From IMG/VR virus record IMGVR_UViG_3300032330_001190, positions 1-28,290 of that record: a stretch of DNA of 28,290 bases; one strand, given 5' to 3'. Made by a program: the position numbers and the translations under genes. The notes below the pieces were generated by a model. That model searched no databases. It was not told where the DNA came from and saw only the letters and a list, made by a program, of their open reading frames with translations. This document shows positions 15,901 to 24,406 of this stretch, piece after piece. The DNA is from a virus (taxonomy: Duplodnaviria > Caudoviricetes). Position 1 is the stretch's first letter. Every line of letters begins with the position of its first letter.

Positions 15901-17026
15901 ACTGAAGAACGCCATTCGCCATGACAGCGATCTGCCTACGCATTTGCGCCTGACGCCCGAGAAGCTTGAGAAGGTGTCGGTGCCGCAGGCTGTCGAGCTG
16001 GTGGCGAAGATCAACAAGTGGCGTGAGGAAGCAGCCGCCAATGCGCTTGCCAAAAACGCGACCAACGATGCCGTGCATCTGGTCAAAGAGTATCCCGAAT
16101 CTGGATATAAGTGGGTTGAACTAAAGCCTCCGACTGCTGTAAGCGAAGAGGTTTTGAGTTCGCTTTCCGCCAAGGAAAGGGAGCTGTTCAATCATTATGT
16201 GGAAGCAGGAGACACGCCATACGAGGCCCTTCAAGGTGTGACGGGAACATATGATAATCCTGCCCTTGCAGCCGCCCTAAAGTACGAAGGCGACATGATG
16301 GGCCATTGCGTTGGCGGCTATTGCGGCGATGTTGAATCAGGCGCTTCACGCATCTTCTCGCTGCGCGACTCCAAGGGTCGCCCGCATGTGACCATCGAGA
16401 CGGGCAGGAACCAAATGTATGAAGGCGTTGGAAACGCCATCAATAAAATTGAGCCGGGCCTTTGGGAAAAAATGGTCGAAGAGGGTGGTCATTATGATCA
16501 CAACAAGTGGCTGCGCGAAAACCGTCCTGATGTTCATGCTGAGCTGAACAAAGAATCGATTGTTCAGGTTAAAGGTAAGGGCAACGCCAAGCCGAAAGAT
16601 GAATACATCCCGTTTGTTCAGGATTTTATCCGTTCGCGGGAATGGGGTAAAATTGGAGATAGCCGAAACATTGACATGGTTCGGTTGAAGCAGCCGCTTA
16701 AAGTTGGTGATCTAGAAGTTCCGCCCGGCTATTACACCTCAGATGACGTAAAAAACTTTTTAACGGAAAAAGGTATGTCTGAGAAAATTCCGCATGAGCT
16801 TCTTTACGGAAAAATGTATTACCATTCAGACTTTGCTCGTGGCGGCTCGGTCCAAGACTCCGGCGCGACTGAAGCGGCGAACCTCGACACGTTGTTTCAG
16901 AAATACGCTGATCCCGGTTATGCAATGGGCGGTTCTGTATCGCCACGAGCAATGGCCAATGATAACCTTGTTTACGACCCTGATGAGATCGATGCGATTG
17001 CCGCTCAGATCCGTGGAGCTAACTAA
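12944..17026 (+). CDS. large modular (polyvalent-type) protein with C-terminal PcfJ-like domain and [FY]AxGG motifs (~1360 aa)
   Basis: Uninterrupted ORF between terL and portal; LKYEGDMMGHCVGGY...IFSLRD...HVTIE...QVKGKGN resembles the PcfJ-like pattern; six [FY]AxGG motifs. Start ATG 12944 (GAGG RBS) or GTG 12932. Confidence 0.75.
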   Translation: MNDRPFNLGIDPAEAEARLQQLLQPTGFAEGGPARRSLRDAIAELTGPEGQSEIDGRRAESPSLEGMGEGMAIVGEGVAPLARMARDYGVSRYEDPSQIPSDLSAVGSALKHAFMEDPINFLAGLNPFVGAAQSMAAIPGIRDAVKRAQEAGDEAGADKLKAMATLSALGIGIPGARGEMAEISKAAPKRKMTLADVRREFDPRAGEGMSGDDLERLVDAYGRVASPVSEHPELAAKGREIADTYITKGGMEYGSGRNYFNTKPSVPLEELGRVADTIPYSHELKPIVEKPWEEVIRERRDSPMITLGGDLSDWVRLRGYGPQDDLRALARASDIHAGFDYMREPNRFTVWANAPEHAEMLEKKILTDPAIQNAIKRDLPVLGTPAPMGPRAIDSAKNFMDTYLSAVEASPIPDKFLKEANEKLKSGLFGSTPKDKDRIRKVFSDFPGFENIDAARDFMLNNPEVSGKMRAAVIKGMEKDGFVKQGFPEVGQLRVAATSPKFMMAPGNMIGGRLVELDPKLFAVSREEANKFFDHFTYTGDTPGIYYADTPLVHRHHAAPDVTDRAMAAYNVERPNPKNPDKPKPPMTVHPFSLDQTGRDTWRKLFEEQRRVQPLNERMLESIQRGEARRGLYGFAEGGLVSGDGGMDDLYALHQKYAEGGSADCGCAPGYAGGGLFQKYGEDPRYEDKFSPEAMRQIADPAQGFFDTPVPTGLPIGQAVGTDVGYHFGSGLADAFKLANQAYEGELPPDYFQTDEGVGRALNAAMTPMLGSFGLSHAVGPALKEGEAMLGMAVKPKGGNWIKGSIENATKGLKSGESLEDLLAANEHWKLQIEQANEKQNPVLAGNANRYIQSNNQDIAIDNWVDKKLNKYIRNEMATPEDPIRLLAEKDILHVDPEKGLYPTWRHIPNQENLAQSQAAKVWEDVSDRALTTDPAKDYQKQNWFSKSKQNDNSWIEKLDPETPVYEVNELSPMRASLGFNHLVDELKNAIRHDSDLPTHLRLTPEKLEKVSVPQAVELVAKINKWREEAAANALAKNATNDAVHLVKEYPESGYKWVELKPPTAVSEEVLSSLSAKERELFNHYVEAGDTPYEALQGVTGTYDNPALAAALKYEGDMMGHCVGGYCGDVESGASRIFSLRDSKGRPHVTIETGRNQMYEGVGNAINKIEPGLWEKMVEEGGHYDHNKWLRENRPDVHAELNKESIVQVKGKGNAKPKDEYIPFVQDFIRSREWGKIGDSRNIDMVRLKQPLKVGDLEVPPGYYTSDDVKNFLTEKGMSEKIPHELLYGKMYYHSDFARGGSVQDSGATEAANLDTLFQKYADPGYAMGGSVSPRAMANDNLVYDPDEIDAIAAQIRGAN

Positions 17027-19590
17027 TGCCTGAGACCATGCAGGAAGACGACGACCTCCAGCAGGGCGAGACCGTTCAGCTCGAAGACGACAACAATGAG
17101 GTCGAAGACACCGAGGACGGTGGCGCGATCATTCGTCTCGACAACATGGTCGATGAGAAGGTTCATCTTGAGCACTTCGCCAACATTGTTGACGAAGTTG
17201 ATCCGACGATGCTGCGCGAAGCCGTCAGCGATCTCATGGACAAGATCGACAAGGACAAGGAAGCCCGCGAGAAGCGCGACAAGCAGTATGAAGAGGGCCT
17301 GCGCCGCACTGGCTTGGGCGATGATGCGCCGGGTGGTGCGCAGTTCACGGGGGCGAACAAGGTCGTCCACCCCATGCTCGTCGAATCCTGCGTGGATTTT
17401 TCTGCGCGGTTCATGAAAGAGGTGTTTCCCCCGAACGGGCCGGTCAAAAGCAAAGTGCTGGGCGTTCAGGACAACGAGAAGATCGCCAAGGGTCGCCGCA
17501 AGGCTGACTTCATGAACTGGCAGACGACTGAGCAGATGGCCGAGTTCCGTGGCGAACTTGAGCAGCTCAGCACCCAACTGCCGCTTGGCGGCGGTCAGTA
17601 TATGAAATTCATGTGGAACTCGCAGTACAAGCGTCCGATGTCGGAATTTATCCCGATTGATGACGTTTATCTGCCGTTTGCAGCGACGAACTTCTACACT
17701 GCCGAGCGCAAGACGCATGTTCAATACATCACTGAGATGGAATATGAGCGCCGCGTGAAGTCTGGCATGTATCGGGATGTCGATGTCGGGGCTCCCGACA
17801 ACCCCGAGTTCAGCCAGAGCACGAAGGCGAACGACAAGATTGAGGGCCGCAACGACACTTCGTATAACGAAGACGGTCTGCGCACGATTTTCGAGGTCTA
17901 CACGCACCTCGACTTCGGCGATGGCGTTGAACCCTACATCATCAGCATCGACAAAAGCAGTCGGAAGGCCCTCAACCTCTACAGGAACTGGGAACCTGAC
18001 GATGAAATGCGCAAGGAACTGGAGTGGATTGTCGAGTTCCCCTTCATTCCGTGGCGCGGCGCGTATCCAATCGGCCTGACGCACATGATTGGTGGCCTCT
18101 CAGGGGCCGCTACAGGCGCTTTGCGCGCGTTGCTTGACTCTGCCCACATCCAAAACATCCCGACGCTCCTGAAGCTCAAGGGAGGCCCCGGTGGCCAGTC
18201 TTTGAACATCCAGCCGACCGAGGTCATTGAGATCGAGGGCAGCGGGATGGTCGATGATGTGCGCAAAATCGCCATGCCGGTGCCGTTTAACGGCCCGAGC
18301 CCGGTGCTTTTCCAGCTTTTGGGCTTCTTGGTTGACGCTGGTAAGGGCGTTGTTCAGACGACCTTCGAAAAACTGGCTGATCAAAACCCAAATCAGCCGG
18401 TTGGCACCACAATGGCGCTGATCGAACAGGGAATGGTGGTTTTCAGCTCTATTCACGCGCGTTTGCACAGCTCGATGGCCCGGTGTTTCAAGATTTTGCA
18501 CCGGATCAACTCGGCTTATCTGACTGTTGAGGACATCGAGGCGCAATCTTCGGGTTTGGAGATTGATCCGTCTGACTTTGACGGGCCTTTGGACGTTATC
18601 CCGGTCAGCGATCCCTCTATTTTCAGCGATACGCAGCGTTTTGCTCAGACTCAGGCGCTTATGCAGCGGGCTAAGGAAGCCCCGCAGATGTATGACGCCC
18701 GAAAGGTCGAAGAGCGTTTCCTGCGCGATCTGAAGGTGCCTGAAGGCGAGGTTTTGCAGCCCAAGCCGGGCAGCGAAGACATGGACCCCGTGTCTGAGAA
18801 CGTCGCTGCGGCGCTTGGCAGGCCTGTTTTCGTGCTCCCGAAGCAGGACCACATGGCTCACATTGAAGCCCATATGGCCTTCTTGAAGTCGCCGCTGTTT
18901 GGTTCGAGCCCGGTGATCGCGAAGACCTATCTGTTCCCGATGGCGACTCATTTGCGCGACCATCTCTTGAACTACTATCTGGTCGAGTCGCACAACGCGG
19001 TTGATATGGCTCACAGAGAGAAGCTGATTCAGGAAGAAGCGTCTGAACAGGTGAAGGTCATCATTCAGGTTCAGCAGTTCATCGAGCAGCAGCTTGGTCA
19101 GTTTGGTCAGGAACTGGCTCAGATCACGCAGCAGGCTCAGCAGTTCGCCCCGCAGCCTCCGATGCCGCCTGACAGCAGCATGCAAGTGGCGCAGCTCAAT
19201 GCCCAGATACAGGGTCAGGCGCTTCAGCAGCGGGCTCAGGCCGATCAGGCGCGCATGCAGCTTGAACAGGCGAAGATGCAGCAGGATGCGGCTCTCAAGC
19301 AGGCTCAGCTTGCGAGTGAGGACAAGCGCTCTCAACTTGAGATCGCCCGTGAGCAGTCTCGTCAGCAGACCGAGGCCCAGATCCGCCAGCAGGACGCTCA
19401 GCTTGAGATGGCGCGTGAGCAGATGCGCCAGAGCGGCGACAACCAGCGTGAGATGGCGGATCTCACTGTCCGCGAGCGCATGAACACCGCCGACAATCAG
19501 ACGGCGATGGATCTGGCTCAGCTTGAAATTGCAACCGGGGAAAAGTTCTCGGTTTCGACAGGAACGGGCGTCAATCCCGGCGCGCGGTGA
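17026..19590 (+). CDS. portal protein (P22-like, with Gln-rich C-terminal coiled coil)
   Basis: 854 aa; VHPMLVESCVDFSAR, RALLDSAH, PVGTTMALIEQG, DVIPVSDP motifs of podovirus-type portals; position in head module. Confidence 0.9.
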   Translation: MPETMQEDDDLQQGETVQLEDDNNEVEDTEDGGAIIRLDNMVDEKVHLEHFANIVDEVDPTMLREAVSDLMDKIDKDKEAREKRDKQYEEGLRRTGLGDDAPGGAQFTGANKVVHPMLVESCVDFSARFMKEVFPPNGPVKSKVLGVQDNEKIAKGRRKADFMNWQTTEQMAEFRGELEQLSTQLPLGGGQYMKFMWNSQYKRPMSEFIPIDDVYLPFAATNFYTAERKTHVQYITEMEYERRVKSGMYRDVDVGAPDNPEFSQSTKANDKIEGRNDTSYNEDGLRTIFEVYTHLDFGDGVEPYIISIDKSSRKALNLYRNWEPDDEMRKELEWIVEFPFIPWRGAYPIGLTHMIGGLSGAATGALRALLDSAHIQNIPTLLKLKGGPGGQSLNIQPTEVIEIEGSGMVDDVRKIAMPVPFNGPSPVLFQLLGFLVDAGKGVVQTTFEKLADQNPNQPVGTTMALIEQGMVVFSSIHARLHSSMARCFKILHRINSAYLTVEDIEAQSSGLEIDPSDFDGPLDVIPVSDPSIFSDTQRFAQTQALMQRAKEAPQMYDARKVEERFLRDLKVPEGEVLQPKPGSEDMDPVSENVAAALGRPVFVLPKQDHMAHIEAHMAFLKSPLFGSSPVIAKTYLFPMATHLRDHLLNYYLVESHNAVDMAHREKLIQEEASEQVKVIIQVQQFIEQQLGQFGQELAQITQQAQQFAPQPPMPPDSSMQVAQLNAQIQGQALQQRAQADQARMQLEQAKMQQDAALKQAQLASEDKRSQLEIAREQSRQQTEAQIRQQDAQLEMAREQMRQSGDNQREMADLTVRERMNTADNQTAMDLAQLEIATGEKFSVSTGTGVNPGAR

Positions 19591-19602
19591 TAGGAGACTA
19601 CA

Positions 19603-19749
19603 ATGGGTGACAAGCCTACAACCGGAACTGTGTCGCTGAATGACGGCGCTGTGCGTCAGAAGCATCGTCTTGCCGCTGGCTTGCCGGTGACTGGCCAGAC
19701 GCTTCCCCCGGCCCCCAAGGGCTCGAAGGACACGAAGACCGGCGCATGA
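19603..19749 (+). CDS. hypothetical protein (48 aa)
   Basis: Not in track; AGGAG RBS, MGDKPTTGTVSLNDGAVRQKHRLAAG...; ATGA overlap with next gene. Confidence 0.75.
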   Translation: MGDKPTTGTVSLNDGAVRQKHRLAAGLPVTGQTLPPAPKGSKDTKTGA

Positions 19750-19943
19750 ACTTCGAGACCATCCTTTTGAATCGTCTCAAGGCTTCTCAGCAGGAAATAG
19801 CGCTGGAAGCCTTGAGGCGTCCTCAAACACGCGACGCTTTTGAGTACGGGCTTCGCGTGGGCATCGTAGAGGGCTACGAGGCCGCAATTAACGTACTTCT
19901 CAACCTGATCAACGAGGAAAAGTATGGAGACAAAGACCTCTGA
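19746..19943 (+). CDS. hypothetical protein (65 aa), helical
   Basis: Small gene between portal and GroES-like gene; FEYGLRVGIVEGY. Confidence 0.8.
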   Translation: MNFETILLNRLKASQQEIALEALRRPQTRDAFEYGLRVGIVEGYEAAINVLLNLINEEKYGDKDL

Positions 19944-20337
19944 GAACGCATTGGCGGAAGCCTTTCCAGCAGTAGATGCTGGCATCCGGCCTTTCGGTAG
20001 CCGCGTTCTGGTCCAGATTCGGACACCCCGCAAGATCTCCAAGGGCGGCATCATCATCGACCTTGGGACGCAAGAGACGGAAAAGTGGAACACTCAGGTC
20101 GCCAAGGTGATCTCTGTTGGACCGCTGGCTTTCAAGAACCGCACGACAATGGAACCGTGGCCGGAAGGCGCTTGGTGCAAGCCCGGTGATTTCGTTCGTG
20201 TCGCCAAATATGGCGGCGACCGTTGGGAAATCGCGTATGGCGAAATCGGCGAAAAGGCCATGTTCGTGATCTTCAATGATCTCGACATCCTTGGCGACGT
20301 AACCGGAGATCCTCTTGCTGTGAAAGCATTCATCTGA
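19924..20337 (+). CDS. groES: GroES/Cpn10-like co-chaperonin
   Basis: IRPFGSRVLVQ...SKGGIII...AKVISVGP...KPGDFV...KYGG...IFNDLDILG. Confidence 0.88.
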   Translation: METKTSENALAEAFPAVDAGIRPFGSRVLVQIRTPRKISKGGIIIDLGTQETEKWNTQVAKVISVGPLAFKNRTTMEPWPEGAWCKPGDFVRVAKYGGDRWEIAYGEIGEKAMFVIFNDLDILGDVTGDPLAVKAFI

Positions 20338-20350
20338 AAGGAGATGAGCA

Positions 20351-21274
20351 ATGAGTGGAGTTCTGAAGGAAGATGACGACGACATCTCGGGGAATGAGAA
20401 CGAGAATGTTGTAATCGTTGAGACGGATGAGGGGGACGAAGGCGGTGATGACCGCGTTGCAGCCTCTTCTGAAGATGACGGCCACGATGACGAGCGAGAA
20501 GCCATTCGCGAGCGTCGTCGGCAGGAAAAGCAGGAACGCAAGGAGCGCCGGGAAGGCGCGATCAAGCGTGACAAGCTTGAGTTAGATTTTCTGCGTAAGA
20601 GGAACGACGACCTTGAGCGCCGCATCTCTGCTCAGGAGCAGCGAGCCCATCGGGCTGACTTGCATGGTCTGGACGCCGAGATCAACAAGGCTGTCAGCGA
20701 CGCCCAGCTTGCCGAGCGAGTGATCGCGAAGGCGGTTGAGTCGGGCAATGGCAACGATGTGACGCAGGCCATGCGTTACCGCGATCAGGCTTTGGCCAAG
20801 GTCCATCAGCTCAATCTGGCGAAACAGCAGGCCGAGCGTCGTCCTGTGATGCAGCCCCCGCAGCTTGATGACATGGCCATGCACCATGCCACCGAGTTCC
20901 TGAAGGAGAATCCTTGGTACGATGCTCAGGGCCGCGACGAAGAGTCGGCGATTGTTCTGGCCATCGACAATGCTCTTTCGAAGGACGGGTACAACCCGCA
21001 GTCGGAGGAGTACTGGGACGAACTTCGCAACCGAGCGGCTCGGCGTCTGCCTGAGCGGTTTGGGAAGCAGCCTGCTCGGGCTGAGCGAACCCCTCGTGGC
21101 GGTCCTGCGGTTGGCTCTGGGCGTGAACATGCGCCTGCCAGCACCCGCAAGGAGATCCACATCAGCCCTGAGCGCAAAGCGGCTTTGATCGAGGCGGGCG
21201 TCTGGGATGACCCGGTCCTGCGCATGAAGTATGCCAAGCGCTACGCCGAGTATGACCGTAACAATCGGTCTTGA
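20351..21274 (+). CDS. putative capsid scaffolding protein
   Basis: Acidic N-terminus, long coiled coil, NPWY motif, C-terminal helical hairpin; upstream of capsid. Confidence 0.7.
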   Translation: MSGVLKEDDDDISGNENENVVIVETDEGDEGGDDRVAASSEDDGHDDEREAIRERRRQEKQERKERREGAIKRDKLELDFLRKRNDDLERRISAQEQRAHRADLHGLDAEINKAVSDAQLAERVIAKAVESGNGNDVTQAMRYRDQALAKVHQLNLAKQQAERRPVMQPPQLDDMAMHHATEFLKENPWYDAQGRDEESAIVLAIDNALSKDGYNPQSEEYWDELRNRAARRLPERFGKQPARAERTPRGGPAVGSGREHAPASTRKEIHISPERKAALIEAGVWDDPVLRMKYAKRYAEYDRNNRS

Positions 21275-21331
21275 CTTGCGTTTTCTGTAAACAACTATAA
21301 ACTCTGAACTAATCGCTGAAAGGAGCGAGAC

Positions 21332-21862
21332 ATGAACGACGAACGCTTTAAGAAACCCGCTGGGGAAAGCCGCGTCAGCCGTGCGATGCAAGATCGTGCT
21401 GTCACTGAGAACCGCGAAATTTCCGATGATGAGCGAGTTGCGATGTTCCGTCAGCAATTCTTCCAGTCCTCTCTACCGGACTTGCCACAGATACCCGGCT
21501 GGCACATGTGCTGGCTTACGACGACAAACCCTCGTGATTCCATCCAGACGCGCATTCGTCTGGGTTATGAGCCTGTGAAGCCAGAAGACGTTGCTGGCTG
21601 GGAATATGCCACCCTGAAGACCGGGGATTGGCAGGGCTTCATTGGGGTGAACGAAATGCTTGCCTTCAAGCTGCCTATGTCTCTCTACGAGAAATATATG
21701 CAAGAAGCGCACCACGATGCGCCTTTGCGTGAGGAAGAGAAACTTACCGACACCGCAGAGTTCCTTGAGCAGCAGGCGAAGAGTTCCAAGTCGCGTCTGA
21801 CAATGGGTGATGGCAACATGGAGATAGGGCAGCGCAGGGAAGCTCTCTTTGATCTTTCCTAA
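21332..21862 (+). CDS. head-module hypothetical protein (176 aa)
   Basis: AAAGGAG RBS; PGWHMCWL...RLGYEPV...IGVNEMLAFKLP. Confidence 0.8.
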   Translation: MNDERFKKPAGESRVSRAMQDRAVTENREISDDERVAMFRQQFFQSSLPDLPQIPGWHMCWLTTTNPRDSIQTRIRLGYEPVKPEDVAGWEYATLKTGDWQGFIGVNEMLAFKLPMSLYEKYMQEAHHDAPLREEEKLTDTAEFLEQQAKSSKSRLTMGDGNMEIGQRREALFDLS

Positions 21863-21889
21863 TTACCCCTCGTTCCACTAGGAGCTACT

Positions 21890-22489
21890 ATGTCTTCGAC
21901 TAGCGCACCTTATGGCTTTCGCCCGTCTTTCCACAACAGTGGTCAGATGCGCCCGAAGGCCTATGTGATCACCAGCGCCTACGCTGTCTCGATCTTCTCT
22001 GGCGATCCCGTTAAGCTCACCAGCGATGGTGTTATTCAGCTTGGCACCTCCGATGGCACCCGTTCGGGCACCACCGATGGCATCACGCTGCTTGGCATTT
22101 TTGCTGGCGTTGAATACCTTGACTCGACTGGCAAGCCGACCATCTCGCCTTTCTGGCCGGGTGGCACGACTGGCACAAACATCACGGCTTGGGTCTACGA
22201 CGATCCCGAGACGCTGTACGATGTGCAGTACGCCAATCCGGGCACTCCCGGAACGGATTCGGTTCAGACTGCGGTTGGCGCTCAGTGCGACTTCCGTGTT
22301 GCTTCGCCGGGCGGCTCTACCTCTACGGGTATCAGCAGCACCTACCTCACCGCTACGCAGTCCACCTCTGGCCAGTTCCAGATCACGGGCTTCGCGTATC
22401 TTGTCACTGACTCCTTGACTGATGCTTATGTAAACGTCACCGTTCGCTTGAACGAGGCCGCTTACAAGTATCCTGTCAACGCTATCTAA
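21890..22489 (+). CDS. putative capsid decoration/minor head protein (199 aa)
   Basis: APYGFRP, IFSGDPV, GIFAGVEY, VYDDP motifs; S/T/G-rich; directly upstream of capsid gene. Confidence 0.65.
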   Translation: MSSTSAPYGFRPSFHNSGQMRPKAYVITSAYAVSIFSGDPVKLTSDGVIQLGTSDGTRSGTTDGITLLGIFAGVEYLDSTGKPTISPFWPGGTTGTNITAWVYDDPETLYDVQYANPGTPGTDSVQTAVGAQCDFRVASPGGSTSTGISSTYLTATQSTSGQFQITGFAYLVTDSLTDAYVNVTVRLNEAAYKYPVNAI

Positions 22490-22504
22490 GGGAGGCTCTG
22501 AGCT

Positions 22505-23419
22505 ATGGCTACTCCTATGCGCAGTACCGACTTCCGGTCGGTTGTTGAGCCCATCCTGAACGAAGTGTTCGATGGTGTGTATGATCAGCGCTCTGACGAG
22601 TGGAACATGGTGTTCCGCGAGCAGAAGGGCATTCCCCGCAACTACCATGAAGAGCCCGTCCTGTACGGCTTTGGTGCTGCGCCGGAACTTCCCGATGGCA
22701 TGGCGGTCAGCTACCAGTCCGGTGGCGTGCTGTTCCTTCAGCGCTATCTCTACAAGGTCTACGGTCTCGCCTTCGCGCTGACCAAGGTTCTTGTCGAGGA
22801 CGGCGATCACATTCGCATCGGCCAGACCTACGCCAAGCACTTGGCGCAGTCTCTGATTGAGACGAAGGAGACGCTCTCCGCCAACGTCCTCAACCGCGCC
22901 TTCAACGGTGCGTATGTCGGCGGCGACGGCGTGTCTCTGATCGCTTCGAACCACCCCATCGTCAGCGGCACCTTCAGCAACCAGCTCACGACTGCTGCTG
23001 CTCTGTCGCAGACTTCTCTGGAGCAGATTCTGGTTCAGATCCGCAACGCTGTTGACAACAACGGCAAGCGCATCCGCCTGAATCCGACCCAGATCGTCAC
23101 CGGCCCGTCCAACGTGTTTCAGGCGGAAGTGCTCCTCAAGAGCGTCCTTCGCACCGGCACGGCGGACAACGACATTAACCCGATCAAGAGCATGGGGTTG
23201 CTGGCCAAGGGTCAGGCGAACCTTTCGCGTATCACCTCGACCACCGCTTGGTGGGTCCAGACCGATGCGCCGGAAGGCCTGAAGCTGCTGATGCGCCGCA
23301 AGCTCGAAAAGAGCATGGAAGGCGACTTCGAAACCGACTCGATGCGCTATAAGGCCACCGAGCGTTACACTGTCGGTTGGACCGACCCTCGCGGCCTCTT
23401 TGGTACGCCCGGCGTCTAA
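22505..23419 (+). CDS. major capsid protein (Mu gpT-like, HK97 fold)
   Basis: 304 aa; EPILNEVF, GFGAAP, GGDGVSL...HP, NDINP, GDFETDSMRYKATERY.GWTDPRG; strong codon bias and GGGAGG RBS. Confidence 0.9.
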   Translation: MATPMRSTDFRSVVEPILNEVFDGVYDQRSDEWNMVFREQKGIPRNYHEEPVLYGFGAAPELPDGMAVSYQSGGVLFLQRYLYKVYGLAFALTKVLVEDGDHIRIGQTYAKHLAQSLIETKETLSANVLNRAFNGAYVGGDGVSLIASNHPIVSGTFSNQLTTAAALSQTSLEQILVQIRNAVDNNGKRIRLNPTQIVTGPSNVFQAEVLLKSVLRTGTADNDINPIKSMGLLAKGQANLSRITSTTAWWVQTDAPEGLKLLMRRKLEKSMEGDFETDSMRYKATERYTVGWTDPRGLFGTPGV

Positions 23420-23427
23420 CCACACAG

Positions 23428-23465
23428 CCCCGCCCGGTTCCTCCCCACTGGGCGGGGCACTTCTT
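23428..23465 (+). terminator. intrinsic terminator-like hairpin after capsid gene
   Basis: GCCCCGCCCGG-N10-CTGGGCGGGGC followed by ACTTCTT. Confidence 0.65.
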
Positions 23466-23539
23466 GCCGGGTAATCCGGTGCATCAGACAGCCCCGGCTG
23501 ACGACATGCAGACTGATGCGCCTATCTCGCATGTGAGGA
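23466..23539 (+). ncRNA. pseudoknotted RNA element, probably Mu-gpT-DE motif
   Basis: Three interleaved pairings: 23466-71/23493-98, 23479-87/23513-21, 23504-09/23529-34; located downstream of a Mu gpT-like capsid gene, the defining context of that motif. Confidence 0.65.
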
Positions 23540-23546
23540 TATCACG

Positions 23547-23942
23547 ATGGCTTCTACGACTTTTTCCGGCCCCGTCACCTCGACGAACGGCTTCATCGGC
23601 GCTGTGACCGGCAACATCACTGGCGATGTCACCGGCAATATCACTGGCGATGTGACCGCCAGCAACCAGAGCCTTTCCGGCGCGGGCGCTGTCAACATCA
23701 CGGACATGCTGACCTCGCTGACCACGACCGGCGCTTCGCAGGCCCTGACGCTTGCCAACGGCACTGTTGGGCAAATCAAGATCATCATCCATACGGTTGA
23801 TGGTGGCAGCGCTGTCCTCACGCCGACGACAAAGATCGGGTTCTCGACCGTCACGTTCACTGCTGTTGGCGATTCGGTCGCCCTTATCTACACCGCCACT
23901 GGTTGGGCGATCTTCGGCACTCGCGGCGCGACGGTTGCTTAA
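23547..23942 (+). CDS. putative virion structural protein (131 aa)
   Basis: MASTTFSGPV N-terminus, T/G-rich; contains 24-bp tandem repeat 23607-23654 (TGNITGDV x2). Confidence 0.8.
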   Translation: MASTTFSGPVTSTNGFIGAVTGNITGDVTGNITGDVTASNQSLSGAGAVNITDMLTSLTTTGASQALTLANGTVGQIKIIIHTVDGGSAVLTPTTKIGFSTVTFTAVGDSVALIYTATGWAIFGTRGATVA

Positions 23943-23946
23943 TTTG

Positions 23947-23970
23947 AATGAGGGCTTCGGCCCTCATTTT
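23947..23970 (+). terminator. intrinsic terminator-like hairpin
   Basis: AATGAGGGC-TTCG-GCCCTCATT then TT. Confidence 0.65.
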
Positions 23971-23984
23971 CACAGGAGGTAGAT

Positions 23985-24395
23985 ATGGCTGATGCAGTTG
24001 CCACACAGACGCTGCTCGACGGCGAGCGTCTTGTCATTCAGAAGTTCACCAACATCTCTGATGGAACTGGCGAAACCGCCGTCAACAAGATCATCCCGGC
24101 CAATCTTTCGCCTAATGCGTTTGGTTTGGCTTGCAATGGCGTCAAGATCAATCGGATCTGGGCGACGACGCACGGTTTTGAGGTTCGCATTCTTTGGGAT
24201 GCAACCACTGACGTTTTTGCGTGGATGATCCCGCAAAACACCAATTATTTCATGGACTTCTCTGATTTTGGCGGATTGCAAAACAACGCCGGAACCGGAA
24301 AGACCGGAAATGTCGCATTCACCACTGCGGACGCAAGCTCTGGCGATATGTATACTATCGTCATCGAGGGCATCAAAACCTACGCAACAGCTTAA
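23985..24395 (+). CDS. hypothetical virion-module protein (136 aa)
   Basis: AGGAGGT RBS; KFTNISDGTGE, DFSDFGGL motifs. Confidence 0.85.
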   Translation: MADAVATQTLLDGERLVIQKFTNISDGTGETAVNKIIPANLSPNAFGLACNGVKINRIWATTHGFEVRILWDATTDVFAWMIPQNTNYFMDFSDFGGLQNNAGTGKTGNVAFTTADASSGDMYTIVIEGIKTYATA

Positions 24396-24406
24396 GGGGA
24401 CAGGTC

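Noticed and set aside
21271-21303. sigma70 promoter upstream of the 21332 gene
   Set aside because: TTGACT/TTGCGT and TATAAA/TAAACT are present but spacing is ambiguous (16 or 19 bp); not called.
17023-23425. Long antisense ORFs (17023-18084, 18100-19665, 20582-21457, 21878-23425)
   Set aside because: Shadow frames of GC-rich, codon-biased portal, scaffold and capsid genes; no recognisable motifs.
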